Positions 42,727-57,447 of a DNA stretch of 64,000 nucleotides are shown one piece after another. Both the position numbers and the translations under genes were made by a program. Each line of letters begins with the position of its first letter. Position 1 is the stretch's first letter. The notes below the pieces were generated by a model. It had not been told where the DNA came from. It ran no database searches and saw only the letters and a list, made by a program, of their open reading frames with translations. Source of the stretch: Eledone cirrhosa (Eukaryota); contig OZ024746.1 in the NCBI GenBank assembly GCA_964016885.1, positions 87,420,001 through 87,484,000 on the forward strand. Reading direction: 5' to 3'.

Positions 42727-43149
42727 ATACAAAGAAACATACATGCACCCGTATTAATGTATACTGCATACATACATACATAAATAATACACATATTCAT
42801 ACGCACATAGAATCTATACGTACTTGCGAAGATATTTGCAAGGTAATTACACATAAAGTAATAGCTTACATTGTACATTTCTTTCTGAATGGTGGAGTCT
42901 AAAATATAACCCGCAGATGATATATGCAATAAGACGTTTTACATGTTTTTCATCTGAAAAACATTTTTATCGGAACAACTAATTGGAAAAAGAATATGAG
43001 GCATAAACAGAAGATAAAATAAAAATGACAATATATTTACGAAACAATCTGAACATAGACACTTCAATAAAAAAAAAATACAATGCAGAAGCATACATAC
43101 CCCGAATACAAGAGATATTATTTAATATTTTTAGACATAGTGCCGCTTA

Positions 43150-43505
43150 CATGAAGCTTTTATGAGAATATATCTCGCATTGCATATATACAGACAAAGA
43201 AAAATAATATATTCTGTAAAAAGAATATAGAAAAAACAAGGGAATACTCTATGAGAAAAAAATCTATATTATGAATAAACGTCACACAATCACAGACGCA
43301 AACTCACATCTATTCACAAATAACAATAAACCTACTCACGATGCAACTGTGCACCCTTATCACATCAATACTTTTGGTACTACCAAGAAGCTCATACTAT
43401 ACAAACATGTAACTGTCTCATAAATAGATATAAGATAAATCTTTGTATTACAAACTACGATAATCTTGGAATGTCTATGAATTATACTGAAAAGCATTAT
43501 AAGCA
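43150..43505 (-). pseudogene. Possible decayed GPCR relic (TM1 end-TM4)
   Basis: IIHRHSKIIVVCNTKIYLISIYETVTCLYSMSF, then C...FASVIV*RLFII in the same frame. Confidence 0.4.
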
Positions 43506-43683
43506 TCTGTGTGTGTGTATATATATATATATTTATATATATATATATACACATATATATATATACACACACATGCATATACATATTATTTCATTGATTG
43601 GTTTTATTGAGATTGATACAGAGCATAATTTCATTAGGTAACACTTTCATTTAAGTGGTGTATCTCTAAACATTTGATATACC

Positions 43684-43742
<59 letters not shown>

Positions 43743-43744
<2 letters not shown>

Positions 43745-43951
43745 CGAAGGAAATGTGGTAAGGAACCAGGTGGACCATAACGCACCAAAGTACTCAATAC
43801 TTAGGGTAGTAGAGTGGGTAATAGGAACGAGTAGGACGCCGACGGCTGAGCTCAAGCCGTTTCGACGGCTAATTCTGGCCTAAATCTAGTCATTTAGTCC
43901 AGAATTAGCCGTCGAGACGGCTTGAGCTCAGCCGGCGGGGTCCTACTCGTT

Positions 43952-43955
<4 letters not shown>
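43743..43955. mobile_element. Fold-back family A copy
   Basis: Inverted arms centred ~43888 with tail. Confidence 0.75.
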
Positions 43956-43991
<36 letters not shown>

Positions 43992-44039
43992 ACACACATA
44001 TATATATACATATATATATGTCTTTATATATATACAGAC

Positions 44040-44560
44040 ATTGTTATACTTGGGGAGAGTCATGTTGCCAATAGAAACACATGCACCTGATGGATTTCAC
44101 TTCAATTTATTATACCTTTCCGGTTGGTAGGTTCGATAACCGGAAGATTGTTTTTTTATATTGTCAAAACTTTCGTCACACATTCTGTGACCTCTTAAGT
44201 GACTAGTATTTTATTTTGGGTGTCTCTCCTTTCATAATAACACTACTTCCTTTGAAGACCAAAGCCGGTAGATTCTGAAAGAGAAATTACTATTGGTGTA
44301 ATCAAATGCCGTACTTTAGTGATTCTCACACAAAATGCGAAGCTGACATTTTATTCTATTTATTCCTTTGTACTGCCCTACACCATCTTCTTTTTGTGTG
44401 ATTTGTGTATAGTTTACCCATTTATTACATCCGGATGTATGTGTGTGTTTATTTATTTCTTTATATGTTTATTTACTTGTTCTATATGGGTGTGTCTGAT
44501 TTGTTTTGTTAGTTTGGTTTTTGTGTGCGTTTGTATGGCTTTATTTTGTCCTTAATTACT
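44040..44560 (-). mobile_element. Naiad-type 3' end with degenerate HHR (44161-44207)
   Basis: TTGTTATACTTGGGGAGAGTCAT end; AGTCA-CTTAAGA-GGTCACA..TGTGAC-GAAA. Confidence 0.7.
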
Positions 44561-44722
44561 AATTATGATGTTGCTTATCCACTCATAGTTTCTGTTTTAT
44601 TTTGGTTGGAGTTCATTTATACTTGCTGCCTCTGTTTTCTCTATGAGAAACTTCTGTCAGTATTTTCTAATGTTTTCTATAAAAACAATGTTAAAATAAA
44701 TTAAAAATAATTCACTGTACTT

Positions 44723-45400
44723 ACTATATGTTCCCTTAGTGCGGTTTCAAATCCCAAATGAATAGATAATCCAGGCGGAATTTCATTGAGAAAAAGATTA
44801 TCATCAGAAGGCATTTCTCTCTCGGAGAATATAAAATTCTCGAGTTAAAAATTCCAAACTGGCGCCACACCAAACTGCCTCAAAATGAGAGCAAATGAAT
44901 GATAATGCAATTTTGTCATGGTGCCGTGTGCAAATGCAAAGGCACGGTGGACAAGTCAGTCCTGTACTGATAAAAAATAGCAGCCATTCAAAAGACTAAA
45001 TGTTTCTGTAAAATTGGGGAGAATAATAATAAAAGTATGTGTTCCTACATGTAATTAATACACACAGCGATACAAGAATAGTCCGACAACATGCCAGTGT
45101 GCTTCAATGGCAAGTTAATAAATTAACAAGCCAGAACATATAAAATCAAGGGAACGTAAATATAGAAAAAAAATGATAAATGAAATTTAAAAAATTAACT
45201 GACTGACTATATGTTCCCTTAGTGCGGTTTCAAATCCCAAACGAATAAATAATCCAGGCAGATTTCTATTGAGAAAGAAATTATCATCAGAAGTCATTTC
45301 TCTCTCCGAGAATATAAAATTCTCGAGTTAAAAATTCTAAACTGGCGCCACTCCAAACTGCCTCAAAATGAGAGCAAATGAATGATAGAGCAGCTTTGTC
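44723..45400. repeat. ~195-bp direct repeat at 483-bp spacing
   Basis: ACTATATGTTCCCTTAGTGCGGTTT...GAGCAAATGAATGATA at 44723 and 45206. Confidence 0.8.
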
Positions 45401-45444
45401 ATGAAGTATATTTATATATATATACATATATACATATATATATA

Positions 45445-45525
<81 letters not shown>

Positions 45526-45543
45526 ATGGGTGTGTGTGTATAT

Positions 45544-45588
<45 letters not shown>

Positions 45589-45926
45589 ATTGGATGCTTA
45601 GTAAAATCGAAACTTTGGCGGTGTGGAAGCAAATTCGACCTACTATATGAATAAGTTAGCAAAGCACTCGACAAGGTAGGTCCTTAGAGTAATAACATAC
45701 GTTTAAATAGCTTGCCAAATTGAACATTGTGGCAGGCAAAATCTAACACACAATCCAAAAGTAACAAAAGAACTAACAGGTTGAGAAAATATACACCTGG
45801 ACAAATTAAACGTTATAGGTTTAAAGTGTTTCTATGAAACCGAAATAAAATATCAGACTTACGTAACTGGCAAGTTCGTGGTATTCATAATCGAAAAGAA
45901 GATTCAATTTATCAACAGGTTTTCAT

Positions 45927-46009
<83 letters not shown>

Positions 46010-46035
46010 ATGCATATATATATATATATACATAT

Positions 46036-47220
46036 AGGAAAAGTATGACCCCGACGGCAGAGCTCAAGCCGTTTCGACGGCTAATTCTGGACTAAATAAG
46101 AATGTGTAGCCTGGTAAATAAATGGCCGAACTTCTCTGGTGGTAATTCCTAATAAGGGAAGATAGTAATTGTCAAAAGGATTGTCAAAAATTTGTTGTAA
46201 AAACAGATGATTCTATCAAGGCATTTAGTGGGAGGTAGGAGTAGCTGAACTTGCCGGGAGGACAAAGAGTGAGTGGGGGAAACCCAGTCAAGCGTTGAAA
46301 GTGAAATCTATACAGCAGATTATAAGGATAGTGTATAGAAGGTCGAAAAAAGTGTACTGGAGAAGGGGGGAATAGGTAAATCGAAAGGGAGTAAACAAAA
46401 AAAAACATTATAACATTAAGTAAATAAATATATAAAAAACAATTTCTGGTTACTACTCCATCCCCACATTCACCAAATCTCTCATTGGTATTGCTAAGCT
46501 ATAGAAAAGCGTAATAGGTGGAGAAAAATACTAAATACGAGATTGTAGTGAAATCATTTTATAAAGCCGGCTGGTGTTAGACCCCCTGTAAAGCCGGCTT
46601 TATGAAATTCTTTCAATACAATCGCGTATTTAGTATTTTGCTCCACCTATTAAACGTGTCTATAGCTTAGCAATACCAATGAGAGATTTGGTGATTGTGG
46701 GGATGGAGTAGTAACCAGAAATTGTTTTTTATATATTTATTTATTATTTGTATGATGTTTGTTTTTTGTTTACTCCCTTTCGGTTTACCTTCCCTCCCCC
46801 CCCCCATGCCCTTCTCCAGTACACTGTTTTCGACCTTCTATACACTATCCTTATAATCTGCTGTATAGATTTCACTTTAAACGCTTGACTGGGTTTCCCC
46901 CACTCACTCTTTTTTCTACCGGCAAGTTCAGCTACCCCTACCTCCCACTAAATGCCATAATAGAATCATCTGTCTTTACAACACATTTTTGACCAATTCT
47001 TTTGACAATTACTATCTTCCCATATAAAGAATTACCCTCTGAGAAGTTCTTCTATTTATTTACCAGGCTAATCATTCTTATTTAGTCCAGAATTAGCCGT
47101 CGAAACGGCTTGATCTCTGCCGTCGGGGTCATACTTGTTCCTATTACCCACTCTACTACCCTAAGTATTGAGTACTTTGGTGCGTTATGGTCCATCTGGT
47201 TCCTTACGACATTCCCTTCG

Positions 47221-47222
<2 letters not shown>
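46036..47222. mobile_element. Longest family A fold-back (arms ~540 bp, centre ~46580)
   Basis: 46036-46571 is the reverse complement of 46589-47145; HHR-like ACCCT-CTGAGAA-...-GAAA-CGGC..GCCG-TC-GGGGT at 47034-47129. Confidence 0.8.
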
Positions 47223-47254
<32 letters not shown>

Positions 47255-47564
47255 TGTAATCTGTCTCTATCAATCGGTTGCTACGTGCAGCGTTTTAGTT
47301 GCATCAGAACTATTCCTGATATATGGTGCTCAGTAAATTGCGTATGATTCCTGTAATGCTAGCAAAATGATAGAAATTTGGGCACTGATATGGAATCGGG
47401 TATCCAAAGGCTCTAGATAAAATAGCTAAGACATTTGGGATTTGGGGACAGTACCTAGTGTTTCTATGACGACTGGCACGACTTATGTCCCTACATGGTT
47501 ATGTATTCTAATAGCGCCTGAAATGTCTGCATACTTATTGATATTTTCTAATATTAATAATTTG

Positions 47565-48238
47565 TACTATAGGCACAAGTTCAGCAATTTGGGAAGAGAG
47601 GAAAGTCAATTAAATCGACACCAGTGCATGATTGGTGCTTTATTTTATCGACCCCGTAAGGATTAAAGCAAGTCTAACTCGGCGGAATTTGATCTCAGAG
47701 CGTAAAGAGAAGTTATTATATGCCGCAAAGTATGTTGTTCCAAGCTCTCCCAATACTGTCAATCCAACGCTATAATAATACTAATACTAACAATAATAAT
47801 AATAATATTGTTTTCTTGTATAGGCCCAAGGTTAGTAATTTCGGTGAGGGGGAAATCGATTAAATCGGACACAGTACGTTACTGGTACTATATTTTGTCG
47901 ACCCCGATGGCATGAAAGGAAAAGCTAACCTCTGCGGGATGTGAACTCAGAACGTAAAGTGTCGTAACTCTATGCCACGAAGCAGGGTGTCCGACGTTCT
48001 ACCGATTCAGCTTATCCATCCCCATTTTAAATTAACGATTTTTAGTATAGGCACGAGGCCAGTAATTTTGGGGGTGGAGAGCAAATTCGATTAAATCGAC
48101 TCTGGTGTTTTATTTTATTGATACCGTAAGGATGAAAGCTAACATGGACTGGATTTGAACTCAGAGGGAAAAGTGAAGGTATTATATGCCGCCAAGTATG
48201 TCGTTCAAAGCTCTAACGATACTGTCAATTCAACGCAC
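47565..48238 (-). mobile_element. Three tandem older SINE copies separated by short AT-rich/(AAT)n spacers
   Basis: Meta-like core and B box (GAACTCAG) repeated three times. Confidence 0.75.
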
Positions 48239-48292
<54 letters not shown>

Positions 48293-49959
48293 TAATAATA
48301 TAATTAGTATGATGTTTTTTTTATGGTGATGATGATGGTAAATAAAAACATACATAAATTCAACAGAATTAAGTAATAAAACAGACATATAGGTTTTTAG
48401 TGGCATAGAAGTATGCATTAATCATTAACGAGAAACCAGTTTATAGATGTTATCGCCTGTCTTTTGTATCTCATTTATCGATCTGCACATCAATTACTAA
48501 AGCTTGTCTTCTTAATTCTTCGTGCAAACACGACCTTTCCCCAGAGCGTAACATTGCAATAAATTCTTCAAATTTGCTTAAAGCACAACGCACTTTTTAA
48601 AATGTTTCCATCAAACAATATATGCAACATTCAATTATATGCTTAATTTCCTTATGTTTTAAATGTGCTATATCTGCCAGGCAGGAATCAAGAGCAGTTC
48701 ACTATAAACGACAATGTCGCACACATGTTTTACCGTATATATATATACTCATATACGTCCCTACACATATGTATGTGTCATCTAACTATCTGTTTCTCTC
48801 TCGCACTTTCTCTATCTCTCTCTATCTCTCTCTATCTACTCTCTCTCTCTCTATATCTATATATCTATCTCTCTATCTCTCTATCTCTCTCTCATATATA
48901 TATATGCTCTTTAAAAGAAAGCAAATATGAAAAACACGCGTTCACACGTATCAAGTTTCACACTGAATGTGAAATATATAAGCACACATAATCCTATCTT
49001 TTTTATTTTTATACGCAAATATCAGGATATATATACACATATGTTTATGTATATATGGTTATTTACGAGGTTGTATTAATATTCCTGATGTGTATGCCAC
49101 AGTATTCAATGAAATGTGAGTTTCTGTATTTGAACGAATTAATATTAAAATAATGTCAATATATATCGCTGAAAACATGTCGATATTTTCTTTTTCTATG
49201 GCAATCAACAAACAAATAATGTCCTATTGCAAAGTGTCGCCCGGAAGGCACTGCTTAATTAACTTTTATTAGTTCTCATTTATTTGCGAAGCTAGAGTGA
49301 TAGAAAGTAATATATCATCAGCACGTATAGAATCAGAGTTGAATACTGAATAACTTTTCAATTATATGCATTTATTTATATAACAAATTTAGCTTTTTAT
49401 ATGTGAATAGAAGCTGTCCTATATGTGCTATGTTTTCACCAAGTACGTTTTGAGGTTAAATCCACCGTAGGCAACATTGTATTCTTTTCGTGTTTTTGTA
49501 TTTTCACTGAAAGGACATGTAGATATATCACCTTTATCTATCAAGTTATCAGACATTTCAAATGAGGAACTATATATAAAGATGTTGATATACCCAGATG
49601 TGCCACAAATAGAACTGATTGAAACTACCCAATGTTCTAAAATGAGTAATGAAATTGAAAAAAAAAGTAATATCTATTTTCATTTACGCCTAGTTTCGGG
49701 TCCTTGTACATGGACGATGGAAAAGTAGGAGGGTAAATTAAGTGTAAGAATTGCTGGAGCTGGTGCAGTAATGCGCCAGCTTCAGCATCCAAAATTCATA
49801 AGGGAGGTTGGTGAAAACGTCAAACTCGTTATCTCCAATTCGGTATTCCTGCCAGCCCTTAACTATGGGGATACATCTTGAGGAATGACCGAAAAATATG
49901 ATCGCGAATACAAGCCTCTGAAATGGTATTCCTCCGAATGGTCTTTGGAATAACATTAC

Positions 49960-50270
49960 TCATAGATCAGAGTGTCACTCGAGGTAGAGCTGCTACTTCT
50001 CAGGATTGAGAGATCACAGCTCTGATTCTCTGGTATAATAGTTAGAATAACACAGGAAATAATCAGTTGACAAATTTCCCGGATCAAACCAACCGACATG
50101 AAGCCCAGGTGTAGACCCCGAGCAAGGTGGTTGGAAAACATCTATGAGGTGGGCTAGCCTCGCTTGTTGATCCAGCCGGATTAGTTGGAGAAGGCTGCTT
50201 CTGACAGGACCTGCTGGAAGGGGTTTTTAACGACTCTGCCCCCGCGACCCTCTCAGCAATAAGTTGCCGA
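49960..50270 (+). mobile_element. RTE (Expander-like) LINE 3' end
   Basis: VELLLLRIERSQL*F...KPRCRPRARW...DRTCWKGFLTTLPPRP. Confidence 0.85.
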
Positions 50271-52379
50271 TGAAGAGAAAACAGTAGAAGATTCACGCTT
50301 AATCAATTCATGAAAAGAAAGGAGACGTGAAAAGTGAGTGTTATTATGTATGGAATTGTGGTGGATTGCCAGTATCGGTATATGGTCGGACGACATGCTT
50401 TGCATCAGAGAGCTATGTAGTAACATTTAGTATCATTTATTAGATAATACCGCGTTTTATGAGCTACACAACCTTATTTTCGTTACACATTTATTACCGG
50501 AGTTAATAGCGTATTTGTAAACTTCCTAGACAGGCAAATTCATGTCGGAGAAAATTCCTTGATTCATTTTGGTATCATTTCCAACGTAGTCAAATTTAAT
50601 TTACTCCCATCTAGTTTAAATATAATAAATTACGTTTCACAGAATGGGTTAATATAACCAAATGTATCCTTCGTCAAGAGTGTAAGGCTTTATGCCTATC
50701 TATCTAATCAATACCGTGTGGCTGCCATACTACATATAGTATTAAAAAACATGCGATTTCACACTAATTATGTATATTGTAAATGTAAATTTATTCGGTT
50801 ACTATTGACATATTCATTTGTGGCAAGTTCATATATACAAATTGTCATTTTTTCATATACAAAAAGATCTCGCCAGGAAATGAGTATGAAATGAAAAAAT
50901 GGTAACACGAAATTATGCTGTTAATAACGGTTGACAAAAGATTATAGTCCTGATACAAATATCTAGCTAAGTTCCAATTTATAAGATACGAGTTATCACA
51001 TTATAATTAAACGGTATATTTATCCATATATAATCGACATATAGAAAATGATAATGTATATATATATATATATATATTATACATCTATGTTTACATAATT
51101 GAAATTATAAATTATTCATTCAGTCAGATGGTTTGTATTAGAGGTTTGCTATAGCGATACATGAGTCATTGCTGTAATCCATCATATAGTTTATCAAGCA
51201 CTGTTACTGTCTAAGGTAAATTAAAAATACATGAATTTAAATTGTGTGCATGAGTCGTTGGTCTTTTCCATTCAATTTCAAAATCGCATCCACAATTTAC
51301 TACTTATCTCATATTAAGATGTCTAGAACTATTCTATGTATATATATATACATATCGCTTCTATGCAACGGAAGGTAATTTATATAATGTGCTGTTTATC
51401 TTAACTATCGCTGCAAATACTTGCTATCATGTAATTCATGTATTAGACATTTGCATTAATATTATTTGGAATAAACCTTTCTGTGAAACAAATCTACATT
51501 TTCATGAATGGCATGCATTTAAATTGAGAAGGAAATAATAATACTAAATATAGAAGACATTCTAATGCTTCTGTGGTGGAATAACCAATGGTTACCTCTA
51601 TAAAATTGGCAGATTAGCACAATCGTAAATGCATTTAGTTACCTCACTATAATATCTGAATTCAAATCGTAGTCGTATCTACGTTGACATTCATTCTTCT
51701 CAATTGGCAAAACAACTTACCTGTTATGTACTCGCGTTGATATTCCAATAGTGACCTTCCCCTATGTGTGTTGCCTCTCACGAATCACATAAATCCCTAT
51801 CAATGCCTTAATGAACATTTTTATAAAATGGTACTGTGAATTAAGCTCTATTCTTTCGAAACGTAAATAGCCATGTGATAATAATCTTTAAGAGGACTGT
51901 TACTTGAAAAAGATAAACTTATAACAGATAATTCAATTTATCCTTCTATCTTCTTATAACTATAGTCTCTTTACAATAAGTTATTACGAAATATCTATAT
52001 GATACTAAGTAGTATTTGTGGGTGCTGTGCACTCAGAGAATGGCTCATGAATAAAGGAAAAATCCCTAGTGTGGCCTGTTAAAAGTTAAATGATGATGCA
52101 ATCTCCATATTATTCTTATTATACCGAGTTCCATAGTCATTTCCGATTACAACCTGTTAAACATAAAACAAGAAAGCGCCAACCGACTGTTTCTATTGGC
52201 GGAACTCAACATCTACGTTTCGAGAAGAAATATGAATATATATATACTTGCTTTTCAAATGTATTATTACAAGGATGCATCTTACAGGTAATTCAATCCA
52301 TTCCGGAAACTGTCATCGTAAGTGTAGTCACAGCATAATTCACGTAGATTCACTGCTATGAATGTCGCCGACGAAGTAA

Positions 52380-52990
52380 AAATGCATCTGTCCGTTCGTC
52401 ATATGAAGTCTCCTTTTTCAGCTAATATACAACGCAAACTATATTGAATCATATGAGATTAAATACTTTCAAAATGACTTCGTTCCAGCATTTTAACATC
52501 ACTCAAATGTGATAGCCAATGGACACAGTGTATTGCGCGATGAATGAAAATGTGAATGAAAATGTTCAAGCAATTTTATATTTCGCTGATTTATGACACA
52601 CGTTTTACATACATACAACAAGGAAACGAATACCCATTTTCTGTATAGATTTAACTTTGTATCAATGGAAAACCCACGTCGAAACCAGAGAGCCCCGGGT
52701 ATTGTAGCAAATGAATCCCTTGCTTTGTCTAGTTGTAAAGACATTTCATCAATAGAATGTTGTTATGTAAACTGTACTACCTAAATACATATATTTATCA
52801 ACATCCGTTCTTGGCATGGACATAAATGATTCCCCGGAAAAGGTGTGTGCTTGATCCCAGTTTTGGCAAGATTGATTTTCAGACCCAATGCGCTGCATGG
52901 TTCAACAAGCGAAATGCATGAGGTGCTAAGTAAGAAGGTGACAGTGTTTCGGAATCCAGAAAGTCACTAATTAAAATGAAAAAAAGTTTT
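52380..52990 (-). mobile_element. RTE/BovB-like LINE fragment
   Basis: DKARDSFATIPGALWFRRGFSIDTKLNLYR..FVSLLYVCKTC...LEHFH. Confidence 0.8.
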
Positions 52991-53080
52991 ATTTTGATAG
53001 TATTCCGTCTGAATTTCTTTATTTTATATGAATTCCATGTGTGCAGTCCACATATACCTAGAGAGATACAATGGAATCGT

Positions 53081-53133
<53 letters not shown>

Positions 53134-53429
53134 GTGTGTGTGTATTTGTGTATATACATACGCAAATACGAATACCTGAAATATACATATATATAAATAT
53201 ATTTGAGTGTGAATATGTGCGTGACTAATTGATATTTCAGTAACATATTCAACTTGGGAATCTTCCATTCATGATAAAAGTCTTTCTTCAGAACACTCAT
53301 TTCTTTATACCCAAGTAACTCACATTTCTTCTTTTCATCACATGGCTTATCACATTCTTTCACGAATAATATATACTGTAACTATCACCCGTTTCAAGAT
53401 ATATATTATTTCTTCACACATAGACCATT

Positions 53430-53870
53430 GTGTAATACTATCTCTCGTAAAATATTACTTCATACTATTTAATTAAGCATTCCTCATCTATGTAAATATG
53501 ACCCATGTTGAGCAATTTCACAATGACACCACAGAAAGAAATATTTATTTTATTCATCCTAAAATTATATATACATCAATAATTCGAGTAAATCTTTAGA
53601 ATACGGATAATATGACTGAATAGGAAACATGTTCTTGTTCACATAAGGAACTTAACTGAATTCATTTTTCTTCGTTTCATAAATACATTATTCGGACATC
53701 CAATTTGACACGCATGAGTATTCCCTGCGCAAAGACTAGCAAACCTTATTACTGAACCAGATATATATTGCAAATGGGTTTTCCGATTTCTCTTCAGTAG
53801 ATGGAATAATTCAACATATATGTATATAGCAATGACTGAAAATGCATGTGTGATTATATAATATATATAA
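53430..53870 (-). pseudogene. Decayed GPCR relic (TM5-TM7)
   Basis: One frame, two internal stops: FSVIAIYIYVELFHLLKRNRK...KRRKMNSVKFLM*TRTCFLFSHIIRIL...LLNMGHIYIDEEC. Confidence 0.45.
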
Positions 53871-53998
53871 CGTGTGAGTATATAATATATATAAGCATAT
53901 ATGTACATATTCAGTATATGAATGTTTGTATGTATGCGTATAAATATGTTTATATGGATATGTATAGTCATATATCTACGCATGCATGTATTCAATTC

Positions 53999-54076
<78 letters not shown>

Positions 54077-54147
54077 CGCTCTCTCTCTCTCTCTCTTCCT
54101 CTTCATATATATATATATTATATATATATATTATGTATATATATATA

Positions 54148-54331
54148 AGGGCGGTGAATTGGCAGTATTGGTAGAGGGTCAGACACGTTTTCCGGCGTAG
54201 TTACGTCCCTTTACGATCTGAGTTCAAATCCCACCGATGTTAACTTTGCCTTTCATCATTACGGGGTCGATAAAATAAAGTACCAGTTATGTACTGGTTA
54301 TTGCTGGCCTTGTGTCAAAAGTAGAAACAAT
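54148..54331 (+). mobile_element. SINE, same family as 5839
   Basis: A/B boxes and Meta-like core. Confidence 0.85.
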
Positions 54332-54959
54332 GATATATATTATATATATATATTTTTTTTTATATATATATCTACTAGCAGCCATACCCGGCGTTGTCCG
54401 GGTGTAAGTCTACCATTAGTAAATAATGTTTTTAAAGAGAAAACAACGTAGCACGAACCCTCCCCCCAAAAAAAAAAACATTTATTTTTAACCATAAGAA
54501 GTATGTGCTGTTCGATGTAAAAAAGGGTAAATTGTTGTGGCATATGAAAGGTGAACGAGTGTAAAAGTGTGACGTTGACGCGGTGAAGCTCCAAACGCGA
54601 ACTATGCCACAAGGAAGTCAGCAGTCCAAAAGTGAGTCATATGGAATTGATGACAATAATATAGGATGTCTGGCAATTCAGGGACTGAAGTTGTTGCGGG
54701 ATGACGGAGATAATATATGACAACTTTGAGTGAAAGGTACAAATGAGGGGGGTGCCATACGTTTGCTACAGTAGAAAAATGTAAATGTTTCGTTATGCAT
54801 TGCGTATATGTAGGCATTCTAATGATTTATGTAGTTTCAAATGCTTACCATTCTGTATAGTTGTGGCTACTAATAGAAACTGTGACGTTGCTCTCCTTAG
54901 ACTGATTGGAGTGACATAGACCACACATGAAGGACACTCAAAATTCCTCAACACAAATT

Positions 54960-55420
54960 CTGCACCAACCTCGATTGCAAAAATAACAGAGAATAACGAA
55001 TAACGATTATTACGCCAACAGAAAAATGCTGAAGGAACTTCTATTGCACGAGATGCAGAAAACGAAACACAACATTCGATGCGACAGTAAATAAATGCTG
55101 AAGCAACTGCTGCTGCTTGCGGTACAGAAAACGATTCTCAATCCTCAGTGCGACACAAGGCAAATATTAAGGCAACGTCTATTGCAGGAGATGCAGAGAA
55201 TGAACCACAGCGTTCATTACGGCGCCATAGAAATGCTGAGGCAACTTCCGCAGCTCAAGCTGCACCAACCGAAACAAAGCGTCAGCTGCGGCAGCATAGA
55301 ACTGTGAGTAAACGTCTGCTGTTTGAGCTGTATCAACCGAAACACGGCGTCAACTGCGGCTGCAAAGACATGTGAATCAACGACTGCTGCATGCGCTGGT
55401 GAATCCATAGAAAACTGACT
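54960..55420 (+). pseudogene. STPR-like 23-aa repeat ORF remnant, antisense within Helitron
   Basis: AATGCTGA/AATATTAA at 55025, 55094, 55163, 55232 (69-bp period); ENExQRxxRxxxNAEATSAA repeats. Confidence 0.7.
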
Positions 55421-55598
55421 CAACCAACCAGACGGGAACGTGCACTTCAATACCGTGCAGTTCAAAGTGGTCACGACGTTCACAGTCGAAAAAGTATGGT
55501 GTTATGAATTTCCAAAAGTCAGTATGTCTACAATTTGGTAATTATTAAAAGCAGCAAAGTATTTGATCTTTAGAAGACAGTTTGTGTCGCAGTGTTGA

Positions 55599-56850
55599 TT
55601 ACAGAACTTCTTGGTACACAATGTTTGTGGTTTTACCGTTTGGAGCAAATGCATAAAGGTTTATTTTGCTTCCCACTCTGGAACATCCAACGTATAGCTA
55701 ACCTGCGAAAAGCATGGCTCTTCTAGGTTTATTCTCGCGACGGACAATGTTTGCCCCTGAGACTTATTTATCGTCATAGCGAAACTTCAACGAACTGGAA
55801 ACTGGAGCCTCCTAAATGAAAAGGGCTCTCTCATGTTAACGGACAAAGGGCAATCCTTGGTATAAAAACATGTTCCCCCTTTCCACACTCCGAGAGAATC
55901 GTCGCCTCGATCAAGTTTTGCGTTAGTTTATTTACTGTAAGGCGAATGCCGTTGCAGAGTTTTGGTGGGTGTAGATTCCTCGAAAGCATAATTGGGCATC
56001 CTTGCTTAAGTTCCAATCGATGAGATGGCAACCCGGGGGGCTTCAATGAGTTAAGAAACTCAAGTGGGTGGTTATTGGGGCCTGTGACTGTATCGATGGA
56101 CCTGTATGTACACGAAGCTGTAGGAACAGACTTAAGCAGTTGTCCGCTGATTTTGTCGACAGGCTCATTTTTCGGAGCCTGTATTGCTCTTTCGCACAGC
56201 CAGTTTGGATTTTGGTAGTCAGTGCTCAACTCAGGGAATATTGCATCTGTGAAGTCGTCAGCACTGTCGGGTAAAGTGCAGACCGGTTCGAGGGAGATTT
56301 TTTCATAATCATCAAGTGGCACTTTGCCGTTCCCAAGTGTCAATAGGTTGGTAGCAAAATCTGATGAAACTTGGTCACCAAGCATCCGAGCTCTCATGTT
56401 CGTAGAGAGCGTTAATTTTGTGACATAACTCCAAAGCGGAGATGACTTTAAGCATGCTCGAATAGCATCAGCCCTTGTTCCTTTGGGAATAACAGAGAGG
56501 GTTTGTCTAAAATCTCCGGATAGAAGCACAGTCACGCCTCGCATGGGATCCTGGGCGTCTCTTATCTCTTTTAAAGTCGGGTTCAGTGCTTCCAAACTCC
56601 TTTATGAGCCATGGTACATTCGTCCCAAACTATAAGTTCACATCTTTTAAGCAGTCTGGCTTTTCTGATTCTTCGGTAATATTACAGCATGGTGTGTGAT
56701 TTGCTGTCATATTGAGGGGGAGTTTAAAAGCTGAATGTGCTGTCCTGCCCCCAGGAAGCAAGGTTGCTGCAATACCGGAAGACTTAACAAGTGCTATGTG
56801 TCTGTGTTGTCGAACCTTGGCAAGGAGAAGCCGTATGACAACATTCTTCC
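55599..56850 (-). pseudogene. Helitron PIF1-like helicase C-terminal part (frameshifted)
   Basis: SSGIAATLLPGGRTAHSAFKLP; LLSGDFRQTL; RNLHPPKLCNG; VFIPRI; FAMTINKSQGQT; TTNIVYQEVL*. Confidence 0.93.
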
Positions 56851-57330
<480 letters not shown>

Positions 57331-57331
57331 G

Positions 57332-57346
57332 TGGTGACCCTCGACG
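57332..57346 (+). other. Primer-binding site, tRNA-Trp type
   Basis: TGGTGACCCTCGACG immediately after LTR, versus the tRNA-Trp 3' complement TGGTGACCCCGACG. Confidence 0.75.
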
Positions 57347-57447
57347 ATTAAATATTAAAACGTAGCCTGCTTAATTTCACCATTCGTTTTTAAATTGAAA
57401 ATTGTTCATCTTACACAAAAAAGAAACCTTTTTTTTTTTTCTCAAAA

